Assembly (NCBI GenBank): GCA_013152275.1
Contig: JAADGS010000026.1
Span: 62,001 to 126,000, forward strand
Direction of reading: 5' to 3'
From: Actinomycetota bacterium
Lineage (GTDB): Bacteria > Actinomycetota > Acidimicrobiia > Spongiisociales > UBA4744
DNA: 64,000 nucleotides
Shown here: piece after piece, positions 19,027-28,725 of the stretch
Position numbering within the stretch: the stretch's first letter is position 1
How the letters are laid out: every line of letters starts with the position of its first letter
Translations under genes and position numbers: made by a program
The notes under the pieces: model-generated
Told to the model about the DNA's origin: nothing
The model's database searches: none
Seen by the model: the letters and a program-made list of their open reading frames with translations, nothing else

Positions 19027-22000
19027 ATGGCGACCGCGTCCGGCTACTACCGACATCCGACCATCCACGGTGAACGCATCGTCTTCGTCAGTGAAGACGA
19101 CCTGTGGGTCGTGGGAGACGACGGCGGCATCGCCCGGAGGCTTACGGCGAGCCCTGGAACGATCACGTTTCCCAGGTTCTCACAGGATGGTGTACAGGTG
19201 GCGTTCACCGCGCGAGACGAAGGCCACCCCGAGGCGTACGTCATGGACGCGGATGGTGGGCCGCTGCGTCGACTCACGTGGATGGGTTGCCTCACGCAGG
19301 TTGTCGGCTGGACTGCCGACGGTGAGAGGGTCATCGTCGCCTCGGACTTCCAGCAGCCATTCACCGGTGCCATGCAACTGCACACGGTTCCCTTGGACGG
19401 CCGGGCGACCAAGCCGATGAATGTGGGGGTGGCTCGCGCCATCGACTTTCAGCCGGGTGGCCCTGGTGTCGTGCTCGGGCGAAACACCTACGATCCGGCT
19501 CGCTGGAAACGGTACCGGGGTGGGACGGCGGGCACGTTGTGGGTCGACCGGCACGGTGACGGGACGTTCGTCAAGTTGATCGACCTTGCCGGGAACGTGG
19601 CATCACCGATGTGGGTCGGAAGCCGCATCTACTTCATCTCCGATCATGAAGGCGTGGGCAACCTGTACTCGTGTACGCCGACTGGACGGAATCTGCAGCG
19701 TCACACGGATCATGAGGACTTCTATGCGCGATTCGCGTCGACGGACGGACGGCGGATCGTCTACCACGCCGGAGCCGACCTTTGGCTCCATGACCTGCGC
19801 TCTGGCGACAACCGGCGTCTCGATGTCGACATCCCGGGTTCACGCAGCCACAGGAATCGCAAGTTCATTTCCCCAGGCGGCTACCTGGAGCGCATCGATT
19901 TGCATCCCAAAGGGCATTCTCTCGTGGCAACGGCCAGGGGCGCGGTGGCGTCCATGCCGTTGTGGGAAGGGGTGCCCGTGCGACACGGGACGACCTCGGC
20001 AGTCCGCTACCGGCTCGCTTCGTGGCTCCCGGACGGTGATCGTATCGTCGCCACGACCGATGAGCACGGCGACGAGGAACTGATCGTCTTCTCCGGCGCT
20101 GCATCGGCCGAAGTGCTGAAGATCGATGTGGGACGGCCGGACTCGTTGCTCGTCGCACCTGCAGGCGACGATCGGGCCGTGGTCACCAACCAACGCCAGG
20201 AAGTGCTCATTGTGGATCTCGCCTCCGGTGACGTCACGAACGTCTACCACAGCCCGTACGAGCGGATTCAGGGGACCGCGTGGTCGCCCGACGGGCGCTG
20301 GCTGGCATTCTCGGCTTTCGTGAGCAGTCGGGCCGCTTCGTTGTTCCTGTACGACACAGAGGAGGGAAAGCTCACGCAGGTCACGCGTCCGGATTTCGTG
20401 GACGTGCGTCCTTCGTTCGACCCGAACGGCAAGTTCCTGTACTTCATTTCCCTGCGTGTGTACGACCCGGTCTACGACAGCCTGTACTTCGATCTCGGCT
20501 TTCCGAAGGGGATGCGCCCCCACCTGATCACCCTGTCCGCATCGGACGTCTCGCCGTTCTCGGCAGCGACGAGACCGCCGCGCGCCCCCGGAGAGGCCAA
20601 CGGGGCCGAAACTCCCAAGGGCGCCAAGCCCGACAAGGAGGCGGGCCCGGTGTCGGTGACGGTCGATCTGCCCGGGATCGAAGATCGCGTGGTCGCCTTT
20701 CCGGTACCCGAAGGCCGGTATCAACGTGTCCACGGTGCCGAACAGAAGGTCATGTTCTCTTCCCGTCCCATCGAGGGCAGTCTCGATTCCCGCTGGAGCG
20801 ACACGGAGGAGGAGCCCAAGAGCAAGCTCGAGGCCTACGACTTCAAACAGGACAAGGTCGAGACGGTGATGGAAGGAATCTCCGACTTCTCGGTCTCGGC
20901 CGATGGAAAGGTGTTGGGTATCCGGGTGGCCAGGAAGCTGCGGGTCGTTCCCGTGTCGTTCAAAGATGCCGATGCAAAGTCTGCCGAACCGGGTAGAGAG
21001 TCCGGGTGGGTGAACTTGGACCGGATTCGTCTCGAGGTCGTGCCAGGCGACGAGTGGCAGCAGATGTTCCGAGAGGCGTGGCGTCTCCAGCGAGACCAGT
21101 TCTGGCGTCCCAACATGTCGGGAGTCGACTGGGAGGCCGTTGCGAGGAGGTATCTGCCGCTGGTCGACCGGGTGGGCTCTCGGGCCGAGTTCTCCGACCT
21201 CATGTGGGAGATGCAGGGCGAGTTGGGGACGTCGCACGCCTACGAGCTTGGAGGCGACTACAAGCCGGAGCCGCGGTGGCTCCAGGGTTTCCTCGGTGCA
21301 GACCTCAGTTTCGATGGAAGAGCATGGAAGGTCGAGCGAATACCGCGCGGCGACTCCTGGCGGTCCGATGCCGCTTCGCCCCTGTCTGCTCCCGGCCTCG
21401 ACATCAAGGTGGGCGATCGGCTCGTCGCCATCGAAGGCACGACGGTCGGCACTCGAACGTCGCCGTACGCTGCGCTGGTGGATCGGGCGGGCAGGCCCGT
21501 CGCGTTGACGGTTCGCCGTGGGCGCCGCAAGCCTCGTACGGTGATCGTCGAGACGTTGCAGGACGAATTCGGGCTGCGATACCGCGACTGGGTCGAAGCC
21601 AATCGGGAGAGGATCCACGCCGAGACGGATGGACGAGTCGGCTATGTCCACATCCCGGACATGGGGCCGCGTGGCTACGCGGAATTCCACCGGTACTACG
21701 GCATCGAGGTCGACCATGAGGGGCTGATCATCGACGTACGGAACAACCGAGGAGGTCATGTCTCACAACTGCTCCTGGAGAAGTTGCGCCGTCGCCGGAT
21801 CGGGTATGACTTCACGCGGTATGGGCGACCGGAGTCCTACCCGGTGGATGCGCCGATGGGGCCGATGGTTGCGCTCACCGACGAGCATTCCGGATCGGAC
21901 GGCGACATCTTCAGTCACTCCTTCAAACTCTTCGGTCTGGGACCGCTGATCGGGAAACGAACGTGGGGTGGGGTCGTCGGCATCTTTCCCAGGCACGCGC

Positions 22001-22251
22001 TCGTCGACGGGACGATCACGACGCAGCCCGAGTTCTCCTTCTGGTTTGAAGACGTGGGCTGGGGTGTCGAGAACTACGGAACCGATCCGGACATCGAGGT
22101 GGAGATCACGCCGCAGGATCACGCCGCAGGAAGAGATCCACAACTCGATCGTGCGATCGAAGAGATCCTCGAGATCATCGAGGAGCAGCAACCAGGCTTG
22201 CCTGTGGTTCCCGAGCCACCATCCCGACGCACGTCTGGGCTACCACACTGA
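19027..22251 (+). CDS. tri: Tricorn protease (peptidase S41B)
   Basis: GYYRHPTIHG..IVFVSEDDLW, WKRYRGGTAG, LGTSHAY, PDZ-like region, IDVRNNRGG, GSDGDIF, GKRTWGGVVG. Confidence 0.95.
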   Translation: MATASGYYRHPTIHGERIVFVSEDDLWVVGDDGGIARRLTASPGTITFPRFSQDGVQVAFTARDEGHPEAYVMDADGGPLRRLTWMGCLTQVVGWTADGERVIVASDFQQPFTGAMQLHTVPLDGRATKPMNVGVARAIDFQPGGPGVVLGRNTYDPARWKRYRGGTAGTLWVDRHGDGTFVKLIDLAGNVASPMWVGSRIYFISDHEGVGNLYSCTPTGRNLQRHTDHEDFYARFASTDGRRIVYHAGADLWLHDLRSGDNRRLDVDIPGSRSHRNRKFISPGGYLERIDLHPKGHSLVATARGAVASMPLWEGVPVRHGTTSAVRYRLASWLPDGDRIVATTDEHGDEELIVFSGAASAEVLKIDVGRPDSLLVAPAGDDRAVVTNQRQEVLIVDLASGDVTNVYHSPYERIQGTAWSPDGRWLAFSAFVSSRAASLFLYDTEEGKLTQVTRPDFVDVRPSFDPNGKFLYFISLRVYDPVYDSLYFDLGFPKGMRPHLITLSASDVSPFSAATRPPRAPGEANGAETPKGAKPDKEAGPVSVTVDLPGIEDRVVAFPVPEGRYQRVHGAEQKVMFSSRPIEGSLDSRWSDTEEEPKSKLEAYDFKQDKVETVMEGISDFSVSADGKVLGIRVARKLRVVPVSFKDADAKSAEPGRESGWVNLDRIRLEVVPGDEWQQMFREAWRLQRDQFWRPNMSGVDWEAVARRYLPLVDRVGSRAEFSDLMWEMQGELGTSHAYELGGDYKPEPRWLQGFLGADLSFDGRAWKVERIPRGDSWRSDAASPLSAPGLDIKVGDRLVAIEGTTVGTRTSPYAALVDRAGRPVALTVRRGRRKPRTVIVETLQDEFGLRYRDWVEANRERIHAETDGRVGYVHIPDMGPRGYAEFHRYYGIEVDHEGLIIDVRNNRGGHVSQLLLEKLRRRRIGYDFTRYGRPESYPVDAPMGPMVALTDEHSGSDGDIFSHSFKLFGLGPLIGKRTWGGVVGIFPRHALVDGTITTQPEFSFWFEDVGWGVENYGTDPDIEVEITPQDHAAGRDPQLDRAIEEILEIIEEQQPGLPVVPEPPSRRTSGLPH

Positions 22252-22253
22252 AC

Positions 22254-23462
22254 ATGGACGAATACGACCCTCGTGTGCTGGGAGCGGCGATCCGGGCGGC
22301 TCGCAAGGCGTTGAGAGACCTCGACGAGGATCAGATCCTCCCTTCACTGCGCCGGGTCGCTGCGTCCACCGCCCGTCTGTTGCCACCGCCACTCGCCCGA
22401 TCGTTGCTTCGGGACCTCGACAGGTTCGCGTGGCTACGGGACAAGGCCGTCGGGGCATGGCCGAAGATCGAAGAGGCGGCAGACGAGGATGCCGCCTCTG
22501 CCGCGTTTCTGTTGCGACCCGAAGGATGGGAGCAGGTCGTCGAGGCTGCTGTCGCGGCGCGGTCTCACCGGGATCTCGTCGGCTGTGTCGAGCGCCTCGA
22601 GGCGCGGACGCGTGACCTGGAGCAGCAGCTCGGCGTGGAACGTGAGCGGGCGGACAAGGCTCGCGCCGGCGCGGCGGAGGCCGAGCGGCGTGCGAGGCGT
22701 CGAAGTCACGAGATCTCCGAACGGGTGCAAGAGGCCCGACAGGCGGAACGGCTCGAGAGACTGGCGGCGGAGTCGCGGGTGGCTGCATTGGAGCGAGATA
22801 TCGAGCAGGCGATCGGGGATCTGGCCGAGGCCGATGGCAGAGTGGCGTTCTTGCGCGACGAGCTGCGGCGTGCACGGCGGGCTTCGAGTGCCTCGATTGC
22901 CACGCGCGCTCCTGACGTGTGGTCGATACGGGACCCGGTCGCGTTGGCTTCGTTGCTCGATCAGATCGTGGCTTCGGCTCGGGCCGATCCGGCTCCGATG
23001 CAGGCGCCCGAGGTTGGCCCTTCGCCGCCTCTGACGCTGCCTGCGGGTGTCCGGCCGGACGACGGAGTGGCGATCGAGTGGTTGTTGGGTCAACAGGAAC
23101 CGTTCGTGATGATCGTGGACGGGTACAACCTGTCGCATCAGTGGCCTGAACCGCTGACTCGTGAGGACATCAACCACCGTCTCGCCCGCGTGCGCCGGCT
23201 GGCCGTGGCACCGGTGAGGCTGCTGGTCATCTACGATTCGACGCTGTCGGGCGGTGAGGAGAGTGGGCTCGGTCCCGGAGGGATCGAGGTTCGCTTCACC
23301 GACGAAGGAACGATCGCCGACGACGAGATCATGTGGCTGAGCGGGACGGTCGACGGGAACGTGGTGGTCGTGAGCTCGGACAGAGAAGTCAGAGAGGGCT
23401 GTCCGCGGGCGCTTTGTCTGTGGAGCCAGGCCCTGAAGGAGTGGCTCTCCCCGCCCACATAG
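22254..23462 (+). CDS. Coiled-coil protein with C-terminal NYN/YacP-like RNase domain
   Basis: IVDGYNL...VIYD...VRFT..G.IADDEI...VVVSSDREV; central coiled coil. Confidence 0.85.
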   Translation: MDEYDPRVLGAAIRAARKALRDLDEDQILPSLRRVAASTARLLPPPLARSLLRDLDRFAWLRDKAVGAWPKIEEAADEDAASAAFLLRPEGWEQVVEAAVAARSHRDLVGCVERLEARTRDLEQQLGVERERADKARAGAAEAERRARRRSHEISERVQEARQAERLERLAAESRVAALERDIEQAIGDLAEADGRVAFLRDELRRARRASSASIATRAPDVWSIRDPVALASLLDQIVASARADPAPMQAPEVGPSPPLTLPAGVRPDDGVAIEWLLGQQEPFVMIVDGYNLSHQWPEPLTREDINHRLARVRRLAVAPVRLLVIYDSTLSGGEESGLGPGGIEVRFTDEGTIADDEIMWLSGTVDGNVVVVSSDREVREGCPRALCLWSQALKEWLSPPT

Positions 23463-23578
23463 CCGACGGCTCGACCCTTCTTGCATGCGTTGGTCGGTGA
23501 TGCTGCGGTGCACGCGCGTGAACGGATGATGGGTTGCCTGGTTCGCCGTCAGAGACGTGTCGACCCGTCCCCGTTTTC

Positions 23579-23600
23579 TGTCACACCCGGTTCGTATGCT
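23579..23600 (+). promoter_or_regulatory. RecA-NDp / PafBC-type DNA-damage promoter
   Basis: TGTCAC-N10-TATGCT versus consensus TGTCRG-N10-TANNNT (one mismatch), 30 nt before the ATG. Confidence 0.55.
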
Positions 23601-23630
23601 GATCACAGATGGACTGGAGGTATCGAAGCC

Positions 23631-23879
23631 ATGAAGATCAGTTGTGATGAATGCACGATGCAGCACTCGACGGCATGTGCCGACTGTGTGGTGACCTACC
23701 TGCTGCGCGAGGCGGCAGGACCGTTGGAACTGGGTGGGGACGAGGCGGAAGCCCTTGGGCAGATGGCGTCGGTGGGGCTGCTTCCTCCGCTTCGCCTGGT
23801 ACGTCGCGAAGGGACCTGCCGAATGATCCCGTCGGGGGCGTCGACGTCGGTCGAAGGCCGCGCGGTACTCGCCGACTGA
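23631..23879 (+). CDS. Small Cys-rich actinobacterial hypothetical protein
   Basis: MKISCDECTMQHSTACADCVVTYLL...GLLPPLRL; GGAGG RBS upstream. Confidence 0.8.
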   Translation: MKISCDECTMQHSTACADCVVTYLLREAAGPLELGGDEAEALGQMASVGLLPPLRLVRREGTCRMIPSGASTSVEGRAVLAD

Positions 23880-23985
23880 GACTTGCGTGATCCGGGAGAT
23901 CCGTTCGGCGGGCGGATCGCCCTCTGGCGGTCGGCATCGAGCCACCGGCAAGAGCCGTGACGCTCGTACCCGGGGGGCCGGGGCA

Positions 23986-24042
23986 GGTTGCGATGGTGAA
24001 TGCGAAGTGCCCCGTGCCAAGTGCCCGGCACGAGATGCGCCG
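23986..24042 (+). repeat. Head+heptamer element, partial copy C
   Basis: GGTTGCGA then TGGTGAA TGCGAAG TGCCCCG TGCCAAG TGCCCGG CACGAGA TGCGCCG. Confidence 0.6.
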
Positions 24043-24070
24043 ACCGAAGCGAGGTTCCTATGCTCAGAGG

Positions 24071-25189
24071 ATGACCGATCGGGTGGCCCAGGACCTGCGA
24101 GCCATCGCCGTGGCCAAAGGGTTGAGCGGGTTCGGCATCTGCACGGCCGAGCCGTTCGAAGACGTGCGTTGTTCCATCGAAGCGCGTAAGGCCGATGGAA
24201 TGGCCGGACGGTTGACATTTACGTTCGTCAACCCGGAACGGTCCACAGACGTACGATTCAGTTTTCCGTGGGCGCAGCGGCTCGTCGTCGGTGCTGCTGC
24301 CTATGTGGCCGAAAGTGGAAGCCCTCCCCCGCGAAGGGCACGCGAAGGCAGGATTGCGCGCTTCGCCACGCGAGACGCCTACGCGCCGCTTCGGCAGGCC
24401 CTCGGCGGCATCGCAGAGCATCTGAGGGCAGAGGGGCATGAGGCCGAAGTCCTTGTGGACGACAACCGTCTCGTGGACCGTGCCCCGGTGGTACGGGCCG
24501 GCGTCGGTTGGTGGGGCAAGAACACGATGGTGCTCGCTCCCGGTGTGGGCCCATGGCTCTTGCTCGGGACGGTGGTGACCGACGCTCCGCTGGAAACGAC
24601 AGAAGGGGAGTTCAGGACCTGCGGGAGTTGCAGTGCGTGTCTGTCGGCGTGTCCGACAGGTGCGCTCTCGAGCCCGGGCGTGCTCGACGCACGCCGCTGT
24701 CTGGCTGCGATCCTTCAGGCACCCGGCGTGATCCCGAGAGATCTCCGGAAACCGATGGGGGATCGTATCTACGGCTGCGACGATTGCTCGGAGGCATGCC
24801 CGCCCGGTCGCAGGCATCTGCGCGATGCGGGTGTATCGCGGGCGGGAATCGTCGACCTCCCGGCCATCTTGAGAAGCTCCGATCGCACGATCCTGGATCG
24901 ATACGGACACTTCTACATTCCGCGCCGTCAGGCTCGCTATCTTCGGCGCAACGCTCTCGTTGCCATCGGCAACACCGGGGACGCATCTTTCGTGAACCTG
25001 CTGGCAGGCTATGTGGCACATCCGGATTGGATTCTTCGCCTCCACAGCGCCTGGGCACTCGGTCGAATCGGAGGTCCGTTCGCGATCGCCGTGTTGAGAG
25101 CGGCTCAGCAACAGGAGGTTCATGGCAAGGTCCAGGAGGAGATCGTGCTCAGTCTCCGAGACCTGGGTGGGCGCGACCAGGTACGCTGA
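24071..25189 (+). CDS. queG: Epoxyqueuosine reductase
   Basis: GVGWWGKN, CGSCSACLSACPTGAL, DARRC, IYGCDDCSEACP, RRNALVAIGN, HEAT-like tail. Confidence 0.93.
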   Translation: MTDRVAQDLRAIAVAKGLSGFGICTAEPFEDVRCSIEARKADGMAGRLTFTFVNPERSTDVRFSFPWAQRLVVGAAAYVAESGSPPPRRAREGRIARFATRDAYAPLRQALGGIAEHLRAEGHEAEVLVDDNRLVDRAPVVRAGVGWWGKNTMVLAPGVGPWLLLGTVVTDAPLETTEGEFRTCGSCSACLSACPTGALSSPGVLDARRCLAAILQAPGVIPRDLRKPMGDRIYGCDDCSEACPPGRRHLRDAGVSRAGIVDLPAILRSSDRTILDRYGHFYIPRRQARYLRRNALVAIGNTGDASFVNLLAGYVAHPDWILRLHSAWALGRIGGPFAIAVLRAAQQQEVHGKVQEEIVLSLRDLGGRDQVR

Positions 25190-25194
25190 ACTGG

Positions 25195-25842
25195 ATGCCC
25201 AGACACGTGATCTGTCCGAACTGCGGAGCTCGCAACACCGTGGGAGCGTTGTGGTGCGGACAGTGCTACCGGCCGTTCGCTCAGGAGACCGAGGGAGCGG
25301 ATGCGGAGCACCCCGAACCTGACATCATCGCGACCGCGCAAGGGCAGATCGCGATGGACCTGCCCCTTCCCGAGACGCCGCGCCTCGGTGGGGGAGCGTG
25401 GACATGTCCGGTGTGCGGAGTCGGCAACCCGCTCGCCGACTCGTACTGCGCGGCGTGCGGAAGTTCGATCTTTGAAGCGTTCAAGACAGAGGAACAACAA
25501 TCGGTGGACGCTCGCGGCGCCGTGTTGCGCGGCCTTTTGCTTCCGGGGCTGGGACACGCGTATGCCGGCCAGGCTCTCCTCGGTGTGTCGGTGGGAGCGC
25601 TCGTCGCGATGAGCCTCCTCTTGGGCGTAATGCTCATCACTCACGACGTCCTCTTCGCCGGGATCCTGTTCGTTGTCGTCGGGGTGGGGGTGTGGGGGAT
25701 CGGTGTGCTCGATGCCTTTCGGTGGGCCCGGGGCGAGACCCACGGAATCATGCTTCGGCCGCGTGTGCTCACCGCGCTCGTCGGCGCCGTGCTGCTGGTG
25801 CTCATCATCGTGATGGTCTCGGCACAAGGGACGCAGCGATGA
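25195..25842 (+). CDS. Double zinc-ribbon membrane protein
   Basis: CPNC..WCGQC and WTCPVC..YCAAC; LLPGLGHAYAG; three C-terminal TMs. Confidence 0.8.
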   Translation: MPRHVICPNCGARNTVGALWCGQCYRPFAQETEGADAEHPEPDIIATAQGQIAMDLPLPETPRLGGGAWTCPVCGVGNPLADSYCAACGSSIFEAFKTEEQQSVDARGAVLRGLLLPGLGHAYAGQALLGVSVGALVAMSLLLGVMLITHDVLFAGILFVVVGVGVWGIGVLDAFRWARGETHGIMLRPRVLTALVGAVLLVLIIVMVSAQGTQR

Positions 25843-26099
25843 GATCGGCGTACGGTGTCGCTCTCATAGTGGGGCTGATCGCACTGATTGCATGGGTGAT
25901 CGCGGTTGCTGCGTCTCGGACCGACGCCGGCAATCCGGAGCAGCGATTCGGCTTGTTGGGCCGGCGCGTTGTCGGTGCGCTGATCGCGTTCGGGATGGGG
26001 GGTCTGTCGGCGGCCTACGGGGGTTGGCCTGCATGGGCGGCGATCGTTGCTGCGTTCGTCGCGGCAGGAGCGGCGATCTGGTACGTCGGAACGGTGTGA
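25839..26099 (+). CDS. Small membrane protein (about 3 TM)
   Basis: ATGA overlap, hydrophobic, FGMGGLSAAYGGW. Confidence 0.7.
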   Translation: MRSAYGVALIVGLIALIAWVIAVAASRTDAGNPEQRFGLLGRRVVGALIAFGMGGLSAAYGGWPAWAAIVAAFVAAGAAIWYVGTV

Positions 26100-26863
26100 T
26101 GTTGCTCGTGTCCGATGTCCATGGGGCCTTCTCGGCGCTCGCGCGTGTGGCGCGGAGTGGCGAGCCCCTGCTCGTTCTCGGTGACTTCATCAACTTCATC
26201 GACTACCGCACCAACGAGGGGATTCTCGCCGATGTACTCGGAACGGCCTTCGTCCAGCAGGTGTCTCGGTACAGGGCGGACGGTGACTATGCGGCGTCGA
26301 GGCGTTTGTGGAAGGAACGGTTCGGGGGAGATGCAACGCAGGTTCGTGAAGCGATTACGCGAGCAGTCGACGTTCAGTATGCGGCGGTCAGGGCCGCCCT
26401 GGAGGGTACCGAAGCCTATGCGACCTACGGCAACGTCGACTGGCCGGGGCTGCTTCGGCGCTCGCTTCCCGACGGTGTGCAGTTCGTAGATGGTGAAGCG
26501 ATCGAGATCGAGGGTGTCACGGTCGGTATGGTCGGTGGTGGGTCTCCGACGCCGCTGGGTGTGCCAGGAGAGGTGTCCGAGGGCGAGTTGGCTCGCAAGC
26601 TGGACGGACTCGGTCCGGTCGACGTGCTGTGCACACACCTTCCGCCGGCCATTCCCTCCTTGCATCGTGACGTTATCACCGGTCGGCTGGAAGGTGGTTC
26701 ACGGGCGGTGCTCGACTATCTGCGCACCAGTCGGCCGACACATCATTACTTCGGTGACATCCATCAGCCGCAGGCGGCGCGCTGGAGGGTCGGCGGTACG
26801 ATTTGCGTGAACGTCGGGTATTTCCGAGCGACGCGACGTCCGGTGCGACACGACGTTTCGTGA
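26099..26863 (+). CDS. Metallophosphoesterase (Icc-like)
   Basis: SDVHG, LGDFINF, YGNVD, CTHLPP, FGDIHQP. Confidence 0.9.
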   Translation: MLLVSDVHGAFSALARVARSGEPLLVLGDFINFIDYRTNEGILADVLGTAFVQQVSRYRADGDYAASRRLWKERFGGDATQVREAITRAVDVQYAAVRAALEGTEAYATYGNVDWPGLLRRSLPDGVQFVDGEAIEIEGVTVGMVGGGSPTPLGVPGEVSEGELARKLDGLGPVDVLCTHLPPAIPSLHRDVITGRLEGGSRAVLDYLRTSRPTHHYFGDIHQPQAARWRVGGTICVNVGYFRATRRPVRHDVS

Positions 26864-26905
26864 GCCCGACGGTGGGCTACCCTTGGATAACGAAGAGGAG
26901 CGAGA

Positions 26906-27352
26906 ATGAGCGAAGGTACGGTCCAGAGCATCGAGATTCCTGCGCCTGCCGGGGAGATCTTCGACGTGCTCGCCGACCTCGAGCGTTATCCCGAATGGAT
27001 CACCGCGATGCGGTCGGTGGTCGTCCTCGAGCGAGATCCCGACGGCCTTCCCGCTCGAGCGGAGTTCGAGGTCGACGCGATGGTCAAAGTCATTACCTAT
27101 GTGCTCAACTACACCTTCGAGCGTCCCCACGTGATGTCCTGGGTGGCCGAGCCGGGTGACGACATTCGGGAAATGGTCGGTTCGTACGAACTCAACGACA
27201 TCGAGGGGGGCGGGACGGACGTGATCTATGCGTTGCGTGTCGATTACGGTTTCCCACTTCCAGGTTTTCTCCGGCGTCAGGCCGAAAAGCAGCTTGTTTC
27301 GACAGCGCTGCGCGGGTTGCGAAAGCGGGTGCGGCAAGTCGGGGAGGACTGA
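26906..27352 (+). CDS. SRPBCC/START polyketide cyclase-like lipid-binding protein
   Basis: QSIEIPAP..IFDVLADLERYPEW...ALRGLRKRV. Confidence 0.88.
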   Translation: MSEGTVQSIEIPAPAGEIFDVLADLERYPEWITAMRSVVVLERDPDGLPARAEFEVDAMVKVITYVLNYTFERPHVMSWVAEPGDDIREMVGSYELNDIEGGGTDVIYALRVDYGFPLPGFLRRQAEKQLVSTALRGLRKRVRQVGED

Positions 27353-28518
27353 TGCGGATCCTCCTCGTGACCGGTAAGGGTGGCGTCGGCAAGACAACGA
27401 TCTCGGCGGCGACCGCCCTGAAGGCAACCGACCTGGGGTACCGGTCGCTGGTGGTCTCCACGGATCCGGCGCACAGCCTCTCCGACGCGTTTGCGCTTCC
27501 TCTTGGAGATGAACCGCGCGAAATCGTCCCCGGCCTCCACGCCCAGCAGATCGACACACAGAAGCGGCTCGAATCCTATTGGGGGGAGATTCGCAATCAG
27601 CTGATGGCCATCCTCGACTGGGGCGGTGTGCGCGGTATCGAGGCCGAGGAATTCCTCGTGTTCCCCGGTATGGATGAGCTGTTTGCACTCATCGAGGTTC
27701 GGGCCCAGGCGATCTCCGGACGGTATGACCTCGTCGTCGTCGACTGTGCGCCGACGGCCGAGACCCTGCGACTGCTGTCCCTTCCGGAGGTCCTGTCCTG
27801 GTACTTCGACAAGATCTTCTTCACCCAACGCCGGCTCATGCGGGCTGCAAGGCCCGTCCTGAGCCGTGTGACCGACCTTCCGCTGCCAGGCGAGAAAGTC
27901 TACGACGCGGCAGAGAATGTGTTCACGAGTATCGAGAAGGCACGAACATTGCTGCTCGACCCGAAGGTCACGACTGCGAGGTTGGTGGTGAACCCGGAGC
28001 GTATGGTCGTGAACGAGGCTCGGAGGACCTATACATACCTGACCCTGTTCGGCTACGCGGTCGATGGGGTCGTGGTCAACAGGGTTCTTCCCGACGCCGT
28101 GAACGATCCGTACTTCGAACGGTGGCGAGAGATTCAGGCCGAACATCTCGAGCGAATCGACGAGTCGTTCGCGGACGTGCCGGTGCTCCGACTTCGACTC
28201 TTCGACGACGAGATGGTGGGGGAGGAGCGCCTGCGGGCACTCGGGGAGGAACTGTACGGGGACACGGACCCGATCACATCGTACGTGGGAAACCGTCCGT
28301 TCCGTGTGGTCGAGCACGAAAAGGAAGTGCGTCTCGAGCTCTCTTTGCCCTTCGCGACGAGCGAGGACATCGACGTCATGCGTGACGGTCACGAGGTGTA
28401 CGTGACCGTCGGCCCGTACCGGCGCTCGTTTGTCCTCCCCGATTCGCTCCAGCGTCGGGAGATCGCCGGGGCCAAGCTCTCCCAAGGTGTCCTGACGATC
28501 GAGTTCGTGGAGCGCTAG
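27352..28518 (+). CDS. ArsA/GET3-like ATPase with C-terminal HSP20-like domain
   Basis: GKGGVGKTT, STDPAHSL, PGMDELF, DCAPTAETLRLL; C-terminal beta-sandwich. Confidence 0.92.
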   Translation: MRILLVTGKGGVGKTTISAATALKATDLGYRSLVVSTDPAHSLSDAFALPLGDEPREIVPGLHAQQIDTQKRLESYWGEIRNQLMAILDWGGVRGIEAEEFLVFPGMDELFALIEVRAQAISGRYDLVVVDCAPTAETLRLLSLPEVLSWYFDKIFFTQRRLMRAARPVLSRVTDLPLPGEKVYDAAENVFTSIEKARTLLLDPKVTTARLVVNPERMVVNEARRTYTYLTLFGYAVDGVVVNRVLPDAVNDPYFERWREIQAEHLERIDESFADVPVLRLRLFDDEMVGEERLRALGEELYGDTDPITSYVGNRPFRVVEHEKEVRLELSLPFATSEDIDVMRDGHEVYVTVGPYRRSFVLPDSLQRREIAGAKLSQGVLTIEFVER

Positions 28519-28630
28519 GAGACGGCTGAGCACTCCATCGGACACATCTCGACGGCCGTGCATCTTTGACCGACGCAGACCAACCTGATCGTGTCATCGA
28601 ATCGGCCCGGCGGGAGCCGTATCGACCCGA

Positions 28631-28659
28631 GGTTGTGATACGAAGTACCGGGCAGGGCG
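28631..28659 (+). repeat. Head+heptamer element, partial copy D
   Basis: GGTTGTGA TACGAAG TACCGGG CAGGGCG. Confidence 0.55.
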
Positions 28660-28725
28660 AGCGAGGCAAGCCAAGACGCGGCGATGGCCCGACGAGTGCC
28701 GGGCCATCGGTGTGCTGTCGCCGTG

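Noticed and set aside
23880..24070. Cobalamin or preQ1 riboswitch upstream of queG
   Set aside because: No recognisable conserved boxes; only a small hairpin and the heptamer tail.
27352..28518. Arsenic-resistance operon
   Set aside because: No arsB/acr3, arsC, arsR or arsD; the protein is a single-domain ArsA-like ATPase with an HSP20-like tail.
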